A stretch of 64,000 bases of DNA from Mustelus asterias (GCF_964213995.1 NW_027590882.1:1-64000); one strand, 5' to 3'. Numbered from the stretch's first letter, positions 48,531 to 62,034 are shown. Notes: a model not told the origin generated them from the sequence alone. Program-made: numbers and translations.

Positions 48531-49488
48531 TATTAGTTTCATTGGGTGACCTTGCAGTATTGTGAGGTGGTGAAACTGGGGGTAGACGATAGCCTAGTGG
48601 CGTTATCGCTAGATTATTAATCCAGGAAATCAACTAGTGTTCTGGGGACCCTGCATTCAAATCCCTCCACGGCAGATGGTGGAATTTGAATTCAATAATC
48701 TGGAATTAAGAATCTACTGTTGACGATGCAAACCACTGTTGGAAAAACCCATCTCGTTGAGTAATGTCCTTTAGAGAAAGAAATCTGCCATTCTTATTAG
48801 ATCTGGCCAACATGTGCAATTTGATTGACACTCAAGGGCAATTGGGAATCGATAATAAACTCTGGCCAGCCAAAGGTGCCCATGTCCCACGAATGGACAA
48901 AAAATATCTCTCTTTTGGAAAATGAGCTCGAGTAACTGTTGATTCAAGTAAACATAAACGCATCTTTCAGACTCAACATGTCTGTTTACCTCTTCGAAAT
49001 ATAACAGTATTATGACAATAAGAACAGATAATGCTGGGAAAAACCACAGCAGATCAGGCAGCATCTGTAAGGAGAGAAAGCTTAGCTAACAAATTAAAGA
49101 CTATCCGTTGAATTGTATTTCTTTTCTGCCAGGTTTTGAGGCGTCACTGGCAAAGCCATGTTGCAAATTTCTGTTAAGCCAATTCAGAGATTGGCAGTGC
49201 AGGCAGAACCTTGTTCCTATGTTACCTAACAAAGTTTCAGAGGCAAAATATACTTCTTGCAGGGGGAGGACGTGGGTGGCTATATTTGACCAGTGGCTGC
49301 CTTGGCTCAGAAATTCTTCACGTTGATAGAATCTTAGAGAATCCAAGGAGGCTATTCGGCCCATTTAGCCTGTGATGGTGGGGAGGGGGAAGATATGCAA
49401 TATCTGTCTCCTGCAGCGAATCAGTGACTGTTCCAGCTTTGTCTTTGCCGTGAACTGCCTGAAATCTGAAACAGTTATCTCAATAGAA

Positions 49489-49566
49489 GGTTTCTGTCTG
49501 AGCAATTGTTACTGTGCTACGAAAAGCTAACGTTCGGCAACGGCACCCAGGTGACAGTTGTACCAA
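49489..49566 (+). other. TRDJ: J segment 10 (YEKLTFGNGTQVTVVP), 12-RSS, potentially functional
   Basis: GGTTTCTGT-12-TACTGTG, FGNG motif, donor A|gtgagt. Confidence 0.92.
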
Positions 49567-50326
49567 GTGAGTGTGAAGTCAGTGTGTTTCTATTCTTTCA
49601 CTCCACATCTCCTCTGTGATCTAGTTTTCTGTTGTAAGTAGTCTAGTCGAGTTGGGCAGAGTGCCAATATAATATGTGGCATGCAGGCGAAGAGATTGCA
49701 CAGTTTTGAGTCAGTTTTGATCTAGCTCAGCCTACCCAGTCATTAGAGGTACATGGGACAGGAGTTGGGACTGCACGCCTCAGTAATATGGTATTGAACT
49801 GAGAAGCAGATTTGTGTACTGTGGACGGGATAGGAAGATTCCACCCAGAGAGTTGATCAAAAAGAAAGAGGGGAGACGAATAAGCACCATTGTTCTGTTT
49901 AAACCTTTGTAATTGTGAATTACACAGGCTTTTCATTTTGTTGTTGAAAAATAAATTCTCCTCATATCAGTCCCATATTCTTTGATTATGAACCCCGGTT
50001 CTGGACCCTGCCGCCATCCTGCATTTATCGTGTCGAATCCTGCATTATGGGTTTTAATGAGATCTTCTCCTCCTGCCTCCCTTCTTCTGAACCCCAGACA
50101 ATAAAATCCTAACCTACTCAATCTCCCCTCATATGTCAGTCCCGCAACTCCAGAATCTGTCCGGTGAACCTTCGCTGCACTCCCTCTTTAGCCAGAACAT
50201 CCTTCCTCGGATATTATTTTGCATTTATTTCTGGACGTAATAATGAACCAGCTGTGGAAGCAAATCGAATCTCAAAAACCTTAGCATGAAAAACAATCCT
50301 TACATTGCTATTCATGTGGGTTATGT

Positions 50327-50414
50327 CGATTTTGTACCATCTGGAATCACTGTGCAAACCCTGCAACCAGAAAGCTTACCTTTGGCAGTGGAACCGAACT
50401 CACTGTAGAACCCA
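50327..50414 (+). other. TRDJ: J segment 11 (NPATRKLTFGSGTELTVEP), 12-RSS, potentially functional
   Basis: CGATTTTGT-12-CACTGTG, FGSG motif, donor A|gtaagt. Confidence 0.92.
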
Positions 50415-51054
50415 GTAAGTGAAACTATTCTCTGCATTTTGTGTCTGGTTATAGTTTAAGAAAGTAATGTCCGATTCTAATGCACCTGTAAAGAATCTTT
50501 ATCCTGTAATAGCAGCTCTTGAGTTGATTGGGAGGGGCAGGAGGCGAGAAGTGGGTAGGGGGGAGTGAAAAATTAAAATGTCCTCTGACAACTCTGTGTT
50601 AGAAGTTACAAACAGCAGATTATGAGACTCCAACAACGATGGAGGAGACCATTAAGCCCATCGCTCTTGCTTCAGGGACAGTAGAATCATCGTCATTGAG
50701 TTTTACAGAACAGGAAGAGGCCCTGCGGCCCATTGTGCCTGCTCCAGCCATTATAACCCTATCTATTCCAATCGCATTTTTCAGCCTTGTATGCTACGGC
50801 ATAAATAATCTTTGGACTTGCATGCCAAGGTCCCTCTGGTTCTCTGCACGTTCTCGCGTCCTGCAGTTCATTGTGTATTCCCTTGCCTTGTTACCCCTCG
50901 CAAAATGCATCACCTCTCACTTTTCAGGTTTAAATTCCGTTTGGCACTGCTCTACCTGTCTGACCAGCTCGCCCATATCGTCCTGTAATCTTTGCAAGTC
51001 AGTGACACTTAACCTCATACGAAAAACATGTGTCCATCCTTGGCTTGACTTTCA

Positions 51055-51140
51055 GTGAAATTTGCATACAACGCTCCTGAAATAATGCAAATTAAATGTC
51101 TTTCTTCTCTCCTCTGTGAGGTAAATATGATTCAGCTGCT
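51055..51140. promoter_or_regulatory. Candidate J-C intronic enhancer (paired octamers + E-box)
   Basis: ATTTGCAT 51060-67, ATGCAAAT 51085-92 and CAGCTG 51133-38, about 650 bp after the last intact J. Confidence 0.35.
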
Positions 51141-52126
51141 GCAATGCGAAGTTTCTGCCTTGGAAATTATTCCTGCATATTTACTAATCACTACAGTGAG
51201 ACACCCACACTCAGCAGTGAAATATGTGACCAGTAAGGATAAGCTTACTTAATCTCATTATCTGCTGTGTGATAGACAGGGAGCCAGCATCATGTGGGAA
51301 GGCAATTGGGGACATTGCACTGGTATAATGAATTTGCGCAGCGGAATATCCAGCTCAGCTCGTCCAAAAATTGCAATGTCCAGTCTTTGTCGCTCCAGTC
51401 CTTAGTAATGTCATATTGGACTAAAAAAATCACAATTTTAGTTTTACTTCTTGGATGTGGGCATTAAATCAAATCAAATCAAATCAAATCCGAATTGCCC
51501 TCTGGGCAATTTCAGATTCCACGACATTGCTTCTTGGATCCAAACCACTGGACGACATATTTCCTTCTCCAAAGGACATTGTTGATCTAAATGGGCATTT
51601 AAAACCCATGGCAGAAGTCCTGTTTTCATTCGCAAACTTGGCAATAGTAAATTCACTTCCCTCCTCCAAGTCATTATGTATATTGTAAATAATTGTGGCC
51701 CGAGCATTGATCGCTGAGGCACTCCACTTGTAACAGATTGTCATCCTGAAAATGCTCCTCTTATCCCAACTCTCTGTATCCTATCGATTGGCCAATCCTC
51801 TATCCATGCGAATATATTACCCCAAAAAGCATGAACTCTGAATTAGCCCTTTGTCCGAGATCTTATTCAAAGCTTTTTCCTGCAAAGATAAGATGCCAAC
51901 CATTGAACGGCAATGCTTTTTTACGGCAATCGTCGATAGTTCCCGTAGTTTTTACTTGAGGCTACACTTAGATCAATTTATTTGAAACTACTCCGAGTGC
52001 TGGGGTGGGAATTGAACCCATTTCTTCAGAGAAATTAGCCCGGGGCTAATCGAATGTCATTGCCATTTCGCTTCAACCATCCCATAATGTTGCATGAAGA
52101 ATGTTTAGTGATAGTTTCAATCAAAA

Positions 52127-52215
52127 GCTTGTTACAGAGTCAGATATCACTGTGATTAATTTCGTCTTGTGAGCTTTATGAAAGAATTAATATTCAGCGC
52201 TCCCACCCAGCACTT
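52127..52215 (+). pseudogene. Possible J relic (KELIFSAPTQ)
   Basis: Perfect CACTGTG at 52148-54 with a weak nonamer 12 nt upstream and an LIF.. motif downstream. No donor. Confidence 0.3.
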
Positions 52216-54490
52216 TGCTTCATGGACATATATAATATCGAGAAAGGTAGAAAATAGGAGCACGAGTAGGCCATTCGACACTTAGACCCTGCTCTGCCAT
52301 TCGACACGACCGTGGCTGACCCTGTAACTCAACACCATACGAGCCCTCTCCTCATAATTCGTGACACCTTTAGTGTATAGAAATATATATCCTTTAAAAA
52401 TAGATTCACTGATTTCGCATCCACAAACTTCTGTGGTAGAGAATTATAGTTTTACCAGCCTCTGAGTCAAGAAAACTTTTCCTCATCTCAGAGTTAAATG
52501 TCCAACCCTGAACACTGAAACTTTGCTCCCTTTTTCTGGACCCCACCCCGCCAAAGGAAACAACATCCCTGCATCCAGTCTGCTCATCCCTGCTAGAATT
52601 CTGTATATTTCAATGACATCGCCTCTCATGTTCTAAACTCCAAGTGAATACAGATGCAGTCGCCTCTCCTAAAACGACAATCCTGCCATCCTAAGAATCA
52701 GTCTGGTGTACCTTTTCTGCACTCTTTCTATTGCAAGTGTATTTTTTCTTCGAAAGATCAAAACTGCACACAATATTAGATTTCGTCAAAAAAGGATTGG
52801 ATTTAGGAAATGTCTTAATGGAGGAAAGTGAGGTATTAAGTTGAAAAATGTTTCCTGATTTCGCTCCTGAAAGTCTTAAACATTAAACATCGTCTAAAAT
52901 CCAATTTGCTTGAATCTTGGACTCCCCAACCAGTAGTAAATGTTCCTGTTTATCAACCCTCTCCGTTTAGAAATGATTAAGTCACTCCTTAACTAAATTC
53001 CAGCGTTTTAGAGTTAAACATCATCTACACTGTTAATCGCGTACTCTAAACATACATACAACTGACAGAGTAAAATTTCTTCTCCTCCTGCTCTGTTCAA
53101 GGAATTTTGAAATGCTGATTTTTAATTTTATGAAAACCAGAACAAAAATGTTGCCGGTTCTGATTGCGGACTCTTCTTTATTTCAGTCCTGATCTCAGAT
53201 CTTCACATTCAAACATGAATATTAAGCTCCGAATATATTTTTCGGTCTCTCAGTGTTTATGTATTCTGTCTTCTTCACCTGTCTAAAGAATTTGAATAAA
53301 GACATTCGTTGATCAATGCTTAGTCTTAGCATATGGACAATTATAAACAACATGGTTCATTGAGTTTTAATTCTAAGGTGCGTTAACTTACATTTCCCTA
53401 CACTGAAAACATCCATTAGTTTTATCCATTCACAAAATATTAATATTTCTTTGCAATTTGATGCTTCCAGCTACGCTGCTTACAATGCTGTTTATTGTGT
53501 CATTTGCATATTCAGCATTCTATCACATTTCATCACATTGTCTTAATAAACACGACTACACTGCATATCATTCTGTATAGATATATATGTGCGTGCGTAT
53601 TTGTGCGTGCGTGCGTGTGCGCGTGCGTGTGTGTGTGTGTGTTTATGTGTGAGTGTGTTTGTACGTCTGTATGTCCATACCTGTCTGTGTGAGTGTCTGC
53701 GGCGTGTGTATGTATTCAAATCTCGAATCAACATAGGAGCAGGTATAGGCCATTTGGCCCATCAATACTGATCGAACATTCAAACTGATCATGGCACATT
53801 CACACACGTTCACAGACGTGCACACACGCACCCACCCATACAAAAGCACACACAGAAACACTCACACAGATGCACACAAACACACACAAAGCTACACGCA
53901 CACTCACATTAATATTTTGTGACACAGAAACGTAGCATTTGCCTTCCTCATTGTTTGCTGTACCTGAATGCTAGCTTTCAGTGAACAGGTCTCTCTGGAA
54001 GTCAACTCTTTTCAACCTTGCACCATGTGGGACATATTCTGTATTTCTGTTTTTTATCCCCCCAACCAGAGTGGATAACTTCATACTTAGTTACTTTTTA
54101 TTCCATCTGCCATGTCTTTGCGCATTCACTCAGCCTGTCCAAATGTCCTTGAAGCCCCCATTAAATCCTCCTCTCCATTATGTCTGTGCCATCAGCAAGG
54201 TTTTACCTATTTTATTTGGTCCCCACATCAAGTTTCTGGGTGTGTTCCAGTCACTGTGTTTGTTTCTGGGCATGGCTGTCTCTCAATACCTCCGTCTGAT
54301 TGTCTCTCGATCTGTGCGTGTGTGTGTTTGTATGTGTGTGTGTGGGTGTGTGTACGCCTGTGTGCCTGTACGTCCATGCTTGCCTGTGTGTGTCTGCGGC
54401 GTGCAAAAGTATTTCAGTCTCAAAGGAACATAAGAGCAGGAGTAGGCCATTTGGCCCAAAAATAATGCTCCAACTTTCAAACAGATCATG

Positions 54491-54531
<41 letters not shown>

Positions 54532-55004
54532 CTCTCGCGCTCCTATTTGATTCCACAAATATGTAGCATTTGCCTTCCACATGTCTTGCTGTGCCTACAT
54601 GCTAATTTTTACTGACCCATGAACAAGGACATCCAGCTCTCTCTGGCAACAACCCTGTCCAATCTCGCACTGTTTAGGAAATACTCTGCCTTTCTGATGT
54701 CTTTTCTTTCTGCCAGAATGGATAACTTCACACATATTCAGTTTTATTCCATCTGCCATGTTCTTGCCCATTGACTCAGCCTGTCCCAATTCCCTTCAAG
54801 TCCTCCTTGTATCCTCCTCACCATTAGTTGTGCTCATCAGCAAGATTGGAAATATTTTATTTGGTCCCCAAATCCAGCCTCTCTGTGTTTGTGTGTGGTG
54901 CTGGGTGTGTGTGTCTCTCAATGTCTCAGTGTGTGTCTGTGTGTGTGTGGGGGGGGGGGGGGGGCGGGGTATGCATGCTTCCAGATGCATGTGTGTGTCA
55001 TAGC

Positions 55005-57412
55005 GTCATGGAATCATAGAGGTTTACAACTTGGAAACAGGCCCTTTGGCCCAACTTTTTCATGGCGCCTTTTTCATAAACCCTAAGCTAGCCCCAATTG
55101 CCTGCATTTGGCCCAAATCCCTCTAAACCCATCGTACCCATGTAACTGTCCAAATGCTTTTTAAAAGACAAAATTGTACCTGCCTCTACTACTACCTCTG
55201 GCAGCTTGTTCCGGACACTCACCACCCTCTGTGTGAAAGAAATGCCCCTGTGGACACTTTTGTATCTCTCCCTCTCACCTTAAACCTATGCCCTCTAGTT
55301 GCAGACTCCCCTACCTTTGACTATCTGACTGATCTATGCCCCTCATTATTTTATAGACCTCTATGAGATCACCTCTCAGCCCCCTCAGAGAAAAAAGTCC
55401 CAGTCTATCCAGCCTCTCTTTATAACTCAAACCATCAAGTCCCAGTAGCATCCTGGAAAATCTTTTCTGCACTCTTTCTAGTTTAATCATATCATTTCTA
55501 TAATAGGGTGATCAGAACTGTACACAGTATTCAAAGTGTGGCCTCAACAATGTCTTGTACAACTTCAACAAGACGTCCCAACTCCGATATCCATTGAAAC
55601 CAAGCATGCTGAATGCCGTCTTCACCAATCTGTCCACCTGTGACGCCACTTTCAAGGAGCTATGAACGTGCACCCCTAGATCTCTAAGTTCTGTATGTCT
55701 CCCCAACGCCCTACCATTAACTGAGTGAGTCCTGCCCTGGTTCAATCTACCAAAATGCCTCACCTCGCATTTGTCTAAATTAAACTCTGTCTGCCACTCG
55801 TCAGCCCACTGGCCCAATTGATCAAGATCCCATTGCAAACCGAACTAACCTTCCACACTGTCCACTATGCCACAAAACTTGGTGTCACCTGCAAACTTAC
55901 CAACCATGCCTCCTATATTTTCATCCAAATCATTAATATAGATGACAAATAACATTGGACCCAACACTGATCCCTGAGGCACTCCGCTGGTCACAGGCCT
56001 CCAGTTTGAAAAACAACGTCTACAACCACCCTCTGGCTTCTGTGATCAAGCCAATTTTGTATCCATTTGGCTTCCTCACGCTGGATCCTGTGAGATTTAA
56101 CCTTACAATCAACCTACCATGAGGAAACTTGTCAAAGGCCTTGCCAACTTCCATGTAGACAACATCAACTGCCTTCTTGGCTATCCCTTCAAAAACTCAA
56201 ACTCACAAGGCCATGCTGACTGTCCCGAATCAGTCCTTGCATTTCTAAATGCCTGTAGATCCTGTCTCTCAAAATACGTTCCAACAACTTACCCACCACA
56301 GATGTGAGACTCACTGGCCTGTAGTTCCCAGGCTTTTCCCTGCAGCCCTTTTTAAACAAAGGCACAACATTTGCCACCCTCCAATCTTCAGGCACCTCAC
56401 CTATGACTAACAATGATTTAAATATCTCTGCTCGGGAACCCGCAAATTCCTCCCTCGCCTCCCACAATATCCTGGGATACACTTCATTAGTTCCCGGGGA
56501 TTTATCTACCTCAATGCGCTTTAAGACTTCCAGCACCTCTTTCTCTGTTATATGTACACTCCTTAAGACATCACTATTTATTTCCCCAAGTTCCCTAACA
56601 ACCATGCTTTTCTCAACAGTAAAGGCTGATGAGAAATATTCATTTAGGATCTCACCTGATAAATGTGAGGTGATTCATTTTGGTAGGACTAATTTAAATG
56701 TGGATTACGGGGTCAAAGGTACGGTTCTGAAGACTGTGGAGGAACAGAGAGATCTTGGGGTCCATATCCACAGATCTCTAAAGGTTGCCACTCAAGTGGA
56801 TAGAGCTGTGAAGAAGGCCTATAGTGTGTGGAGTTTAAGAGCCGTGGGGTTATGCTGCAACTGTACAGGACCTTGGTGAGACCACGTTTGTGCAGTTCTG
56901 GTCACCTCACTATAAGAAGGATGTGGAAGCGCTGGAAAGAGTGCAGAGGAGATTTATCAGGATGCTGCCTGGTTTGGAGGGTAGGTCTTATGAGGAAAGG
57001 TTGAGGGAGCTAGGGCTGTTCTCTCTGGAGCGGAGGAGGCTGAGGGGAGACTTAATAGAGGTTTATAAAATGATGAAGGGGATAGATAGAGTGAACGTTC
57101 AAAGACTATTTCCTCGGGTGGATGGAGCTATTACAAGGGGGCATAACTATAGGGTTCGTGGTGGGAGATATAGGAAGGATATCAGAGGTAGGTTCTTTAC
57201 GCAGAGAGTAGTTGGGGTGTGGAATGGACTGCCTGCAGTGATAGTGGAGTCAGACACTTTAGGAACATTTAAGCGGTTATTGGATAGGCAGATGGAGCAC
57301 ACCAGGATGATAGGGAGTGGGATAGCTTGATCTTGGTTTCAGATAAAGCTCGGCACAACATCGTGGGCCGAAGGGCCTGTGCTGTGCTGTACTGTTCTAT
57401 GTTTCTATGTTC
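55005..57412. mobile_element. Two CR1/HER1-like LINE fragments back to back (minus 55005-56655, plus 56656-57412)
   Basis: RT C-terminal motifs on both strands, each with its own 3' tail. Confidence 0.82.
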
Positions 57413-57552
57413 ACCCGTGTGTGTGTGTATGTATATGTGTGCGCGCGTGTGTGTGTGTATGTGTGTGTGTGTTTGTGTGCATATGTGTCTATGCATGTCC
57501 GTCTATCTGCTTATATGCCTGGGCATGTGTGCGTTTGCATGTGAGTGTGTGA

Positions 57553-57586
<34 letters not shown>

Positions 57587-57786
57587 AAGAGGCGTCACTC
57601 CTCAGCCTTCTCTGTGCCAAGCGAAAAAGCCCTAATTATCCAGTCTCAGCATTCGGTAAATTCATGGAGAAACTCACATAGGGTTAAGAGATAGAAAAAA
57701 TGCGGGTCTAATCGAATGGCTCAGCAGGTTGGAGGAGGTCACTCTGTTGGATTCTGATTATTTCCCTTTATTTATTAAACTTTCAG

Positions 57787-58098
57787 AGGCGAAAGGCCCG
57801 GTAGAACCAAAATTGAGCGTCTTTTACCCGCCAGTGCCACGGGGACCCACCGGCATCGACACAGCTGCAGTATGCTTGGCCTCGGACTTCTCGCCCAACG
57901 CAATCAAGCTCTCCCTGTACACGGGATCGGGCCAGGAGGTCAATGTGACAAGACCCAGTGTCCTATTGGAGAGCGGGAATTACAGGAGCTCGGGTTTTCT
58001 CTCTTTCACCCAATCCGAGGAATCGCCAAACATCACGTGCAAGGCATTTCACGATAATCGAAATTACTCAGTAAACATCCCGCCCACAGTTGAAATTG
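57787..58098 (+). CDS. TRDC: TCR delta constant region, Ig-C1 exon
   Basis: tttcag|AG phase 1, G|gtaagt. KAKGPVEPKLSVFYPP...AAVCLASDFSP...NVTRPSVLLESGNYRSSGFLSF...NITCKAFH contains both Ig Cys. It resembles shark C-delta more than C-alpha (recalled, not aligned), and its position after a NAR-TCR cassette fits delta. Confidence 0.88.
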
Positions 58099-59539
58099 GT
58101 AAGTTTATTTTATTTTCGTTCACGTGATGTGGGTGTCGTTGGCTTGGCCAACATTTATTGCCCGTCCTAAATTGCCCTTCAGCAGAGGACATTTAAGAGT
58201 CACTTGCCGGCCAGACCATGTAAGGACGGCAGATTTCGTTCGCTAAAGGAAGTTAGTGAACCAGTGAGTTTTAACGATAATCGACAATGGTTTCAGGGTC
58301 ATCATGAAACTTTTAATTCCAATTTTTAAAAAAATGTTCAAATTTCGCAGCTGCCATCCCCAGGTCAGCATTCTGGGTCGTTGGATTACCAGTCCAGTGA
58401 CAATGCCACTGCGCCACTGCCTCCTCTGAGAATGTTTTATGACAGGAAGAACTTGCACTAAATATTATCCATCCTCTTAACGACCGAAGGACTCTCGGTG
58501 TCATCGTCACTCAAAGTGTAGTCTTTTTGAAAGGTTAGCTGACTAATGATTGACTGTCAATTATCCTAGTCTGGGGACTTCACTGCAGGAGTTCCTCAGT
58601 GTCTCAGGCCTAACCAGCTTCAGTTGCTTCATCAATCACCTTCAATCCATTGTAAGGTCAGAAGTTGGGATGTTCGCTGATGACTGAATAATTTTCAGCA
58701 CCATTCATGACACCTCAGATCTTGAAGTAGTGCATTACAAATGCACCAATAGCTGGACAATACCTAGGCTTTGACTGACAAGCTGCAAGTAACATTTGCG
58801 CCACACATGTTCCAGGCAATGACCAACTCCAACAGGAAAGAAGCTAACAACCGGCTCTTGACATGTAATGGCATTACCATGACTGAAACAATGAACAAAG
58901 AACAAAGAAAATTACAGCACAGGAACAGGCCCTTCGGCCCTCCAAGCCTGCACCGACTATGCTGCCCGACTTAACTAAAACCCCTTTCCCTTCCGGGGAC
59001 CATATCGCTCTATTCCCATCTTATTCATGTATTTGTCCAGGTGTCCCTTAAAACTCACGATCGTATCTCCTTCCACTACCTCACCCGGCAGCGAGTTCCA
59101 GGCACGCACCACCTTCTGTGTAAAAACTCTGCCTTGTACGTCTCCTGTAAACCTCGCCCCTCGCACCTTAAACCTATGCCCCCGAGTAATTGACTCTTCC
59201 ACCCTGGGAAAAAGCTTCTAACTATCCACTCTGTCCATGCCTCTCATAATCCTGTAGACTTCTATCAGGTCAACCCCCACTATCAACATCCTGAGGGTTA
59301 ACGTTGCTCAGAAACTGAACTGGACTATCCATATAAGTGCTGTGGCTGCAAGAGAATGTCGGAGATTGGGAATCCTGTGGTGAGTAACGTATCTCCTCAT
59401 CCCCCAAATTCTCTGCCCCATCCACAAGACATAATCATGACTGTGGTAGTGTATTCGCCACTTGCCTCGATGAATGCAGCTCCAAGAACACTCAGACATT
59501 TGACACGACCCAGGACAAAGCAGCTCCGCTTGATTAACA

Positions 59540-59905
59540 GTGTGTTTATGAGTGTCACAAGTCGGCTTACATTAAAACTGCAATGAATTTATTGTGACAA
59601 TCCCATAGTCGCCACACTCTGTGCCTGTTCGGGTACACTGAGGGAGAATTTAGCATGGCCAATGCATCTAATCAGCACGTCTTTCGGACTGTGGGAGGAA
59701 ACCGGAGCGCCCGGATCAAACCCACGCTGACACGAGGAAAACGTGCAGACTCTGCACAGACAGTCACCCAAGCTGGGAATCGAACACAGGTCCCTGACAC
59801 TGTGGGCGGGGGGGAGTGGCGGGGGGGGGGGCGGAGGGGAGTGGCGGGGCGTTGGGGGGGGGGGGGTGGCGGTGCAGCAGTACTAACCACTGTGCCACTG
59901 TGCGG
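59540..59905 (-). mobile_element. HE1-like SINE interrupted by a G-rich tract
   Basis: Head is split at about 59803-59875 by G runs. Confidence 0.8.
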
Positions 59906-60822
59906 CTCAAGCATTAAGTACTCTATTCACAAACATCCACTTCTTCCACCACCGAAGCACAATGGCAGCAGTGTGTGCCATCCACAAGATACACAGCAGT
60001 AACTCTCCAAGTCTCCTTCCGCTGAATCTTCCAAACTCACGACCGTTATCATCTCGGAGGACAAGGGCAGCAGATACCTGGGAACACCATCATCTGGACG
60101 TTACCCTCCATGTCACTCAGCATCCTGACTTGGAAATGTTTCGGCAGTTCCTTCACTGTCGCAGAGTCAAAATGGTGGAACTTCTTCCCTAACAGCACTG
60201 TGTGTGTACGTACCCCTGACAGACTGCAGAGGTTCAAGCAGGAGACTCACAACCATCTTCTGAAGGGGGCAATTAGGGATTGGCAATAAATGCTGACCTG
60301 CCAGTGATGTCCACATTCCGTAAATGAATAAAAATAATAAGAGCTAACTATTATAATTCAGGGCAGTGTGCAGGACCCGTAACTGCTGGTACATCACCGA
60401 ATTTAGGAACGTATTAAATACTAACGAGGGTACTGGAGAATCCCGTTCCTCTGGAGAAATGCCCTGATATCATTTAATCCACTGCAGAGCTGAAATCAGG
60501 CCTCGGTTTCACGACGTTTTCGGAAGACAGTGAAATACTGCACTGATGGAACGGCTCTGGATCCTGGGTTTTAATCCCTGATGGGGAATCTACCCTGCAC
60601 TCTTTGAACTCAGAATTGGGACGAACTAAATGGCAGAGCTACCAATGTTTCTCCGTTGTGAATAATCAAGTGAACAAGTCCAATCGTGCTGTTTGATTCT
60701 TACTTTCTTCGTGGCTTTTGGTTATGACAACAACATTATTCAAAGTGATATTGAGAACAAACATGGTTACAGTAATGTCACTTGCTCACTTAATAAGTCA
60801 AATGTCATTTTTGCCCTTCCAG

Positions 60823-60885
60823 ATAAACCTAAATGCCCTACAGGTCGAAGTGATTCCTTGACAGAATCAAGTGACACGGAAAACG
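60823..60885 (+). CDS. TRDC: TCR delta constant region, connecting-peptide exon (DKPKCPTGRSDSLTESSDTEN)
   Basis: cttccag|AT ... G|gtatgt, 63 nt, phase 1-1, contains the interchain Cys. Confidence 0.85.
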
Positions 60886-61327
60886 GTATGTGCTTTATTC
60901 AACATTTATCAAAGTAAAATACTTGCAAATAGACGGATTGATAAGTGGACAAATAGGCACGGATACAGACCCGGAGATTGAATGATAAACATATAGTGAG
61001 ATGGGGAAAAAGATAGATTGTCACACAGAGTGAGGGAGAGAGATATATCAATCGAGCGGGATAGCGAGAGAGGAGGAGAGGCGGGGAGAGAGAGAGAAAC
61101 TCAGAGTGAAAGAGAGATGAAGATAGATAGACAGGCAAGCAGACGGTCGGACGGACGGACTGACAGAGATGGACAGACGGACGGACGGACAGGGATGGAC
61201 AGACGGACGAAAGTCAAGCTGTTAGATAATGGAAAAAATATCACATTAGAGGTATACAGTTGTTTTTCAATACCAAATCATATATCCATTAAACCAGATC
61301 TATCATTTGTTTCTCTTATTTTGGCAG

Positions 61328-61437
61328 ATCGACTGAGGATGAACTTTTTGTCTTTGACGGTGATGGGGCTAAGAATTTTGTTTTTCAAGAGCATTGTCTT
61401 CAATGTCATGATGACGGCCAGGGTGTGGCTATTTTGA
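61328..61437 (+). CDS. TRDC: TCR delta constant region, TM/cytoplasmic exon (DRLRMNFLSLTVMGLRILFFKSIVFNVMMTARVWLF*)
   Basis: ggcag|AT phase 1. Alpha/delta-type TM with Arg and Lys, TGA 61435-37, then G|gtaagg donor. Confidence 0.93.
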
Positions 61438-61639
61438 GGTAAGGTCGGTCACCTGAATGCGTGCCAAGAAAGACAAACTGTGATGAACAATGACCATTGA
61501 CGGGATCTCGCGAGGCCACTGTTAAGGCAGACGCTGAAACTAACCCGTGGAGTGAGCATTAACTTGGATGCATTTAGACAAACGAACTCTTACTCCAGTG
61601 CCCCATCCTCATCGCTTTTCATCCCTCCCTTGCCACCGC

Positions 61640-61731
61640 ACCACCGCCCCCCCCCCCGCCCCCGCCGCCCCCCCCCCCCGCCCCCGCCCCCGCCCCCGCC
61701 GCCCCCCCCCCGCCCCCGCCCGCCAACCCCC
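61640..61731 (-). repeat. C-run tract (G-quadruplex-prone on minus strand) in the last TRDC intron
   Basis: About 90 nt of (C)n-G repeats. Confidence 0.8.
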
Positions 61732-62034
61732 GTTCCCAATCGCAGCCTTGACTTCTTAAACCTCTCCAGATTTTTGTTTAATTATGGGTGTCACTGACTA
61801 GCCTAACCTTTTCCGCCCATCCCTTGGTCTTGAGCTGCGTGGCTCTTTCGGAGAGTCGGTGCAGACTCTATGGGCCAAATCGCATCCTTCTGCACTGTCG
61901 GGGTTCTTGTGCAATTGCAGTGGCTTCTGAGAATATTATTGGAGAATGTTAATGGAGACCCTAAAGATACAAGGTGTTCTTTGCTTGCTGACTCTTTGAT
62001 GTGCTACTACTGTTGCTCCTTCCATTCCAAACAG

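Noticed and set aside
57787-61437. TCR alpha constant
   Set aside because: The TM and many Js fit alpha or delta, but the full Ig-C fold (second Cys, C..H motif) and NAR-TCR context favour delta. Not confirmed by alignment.
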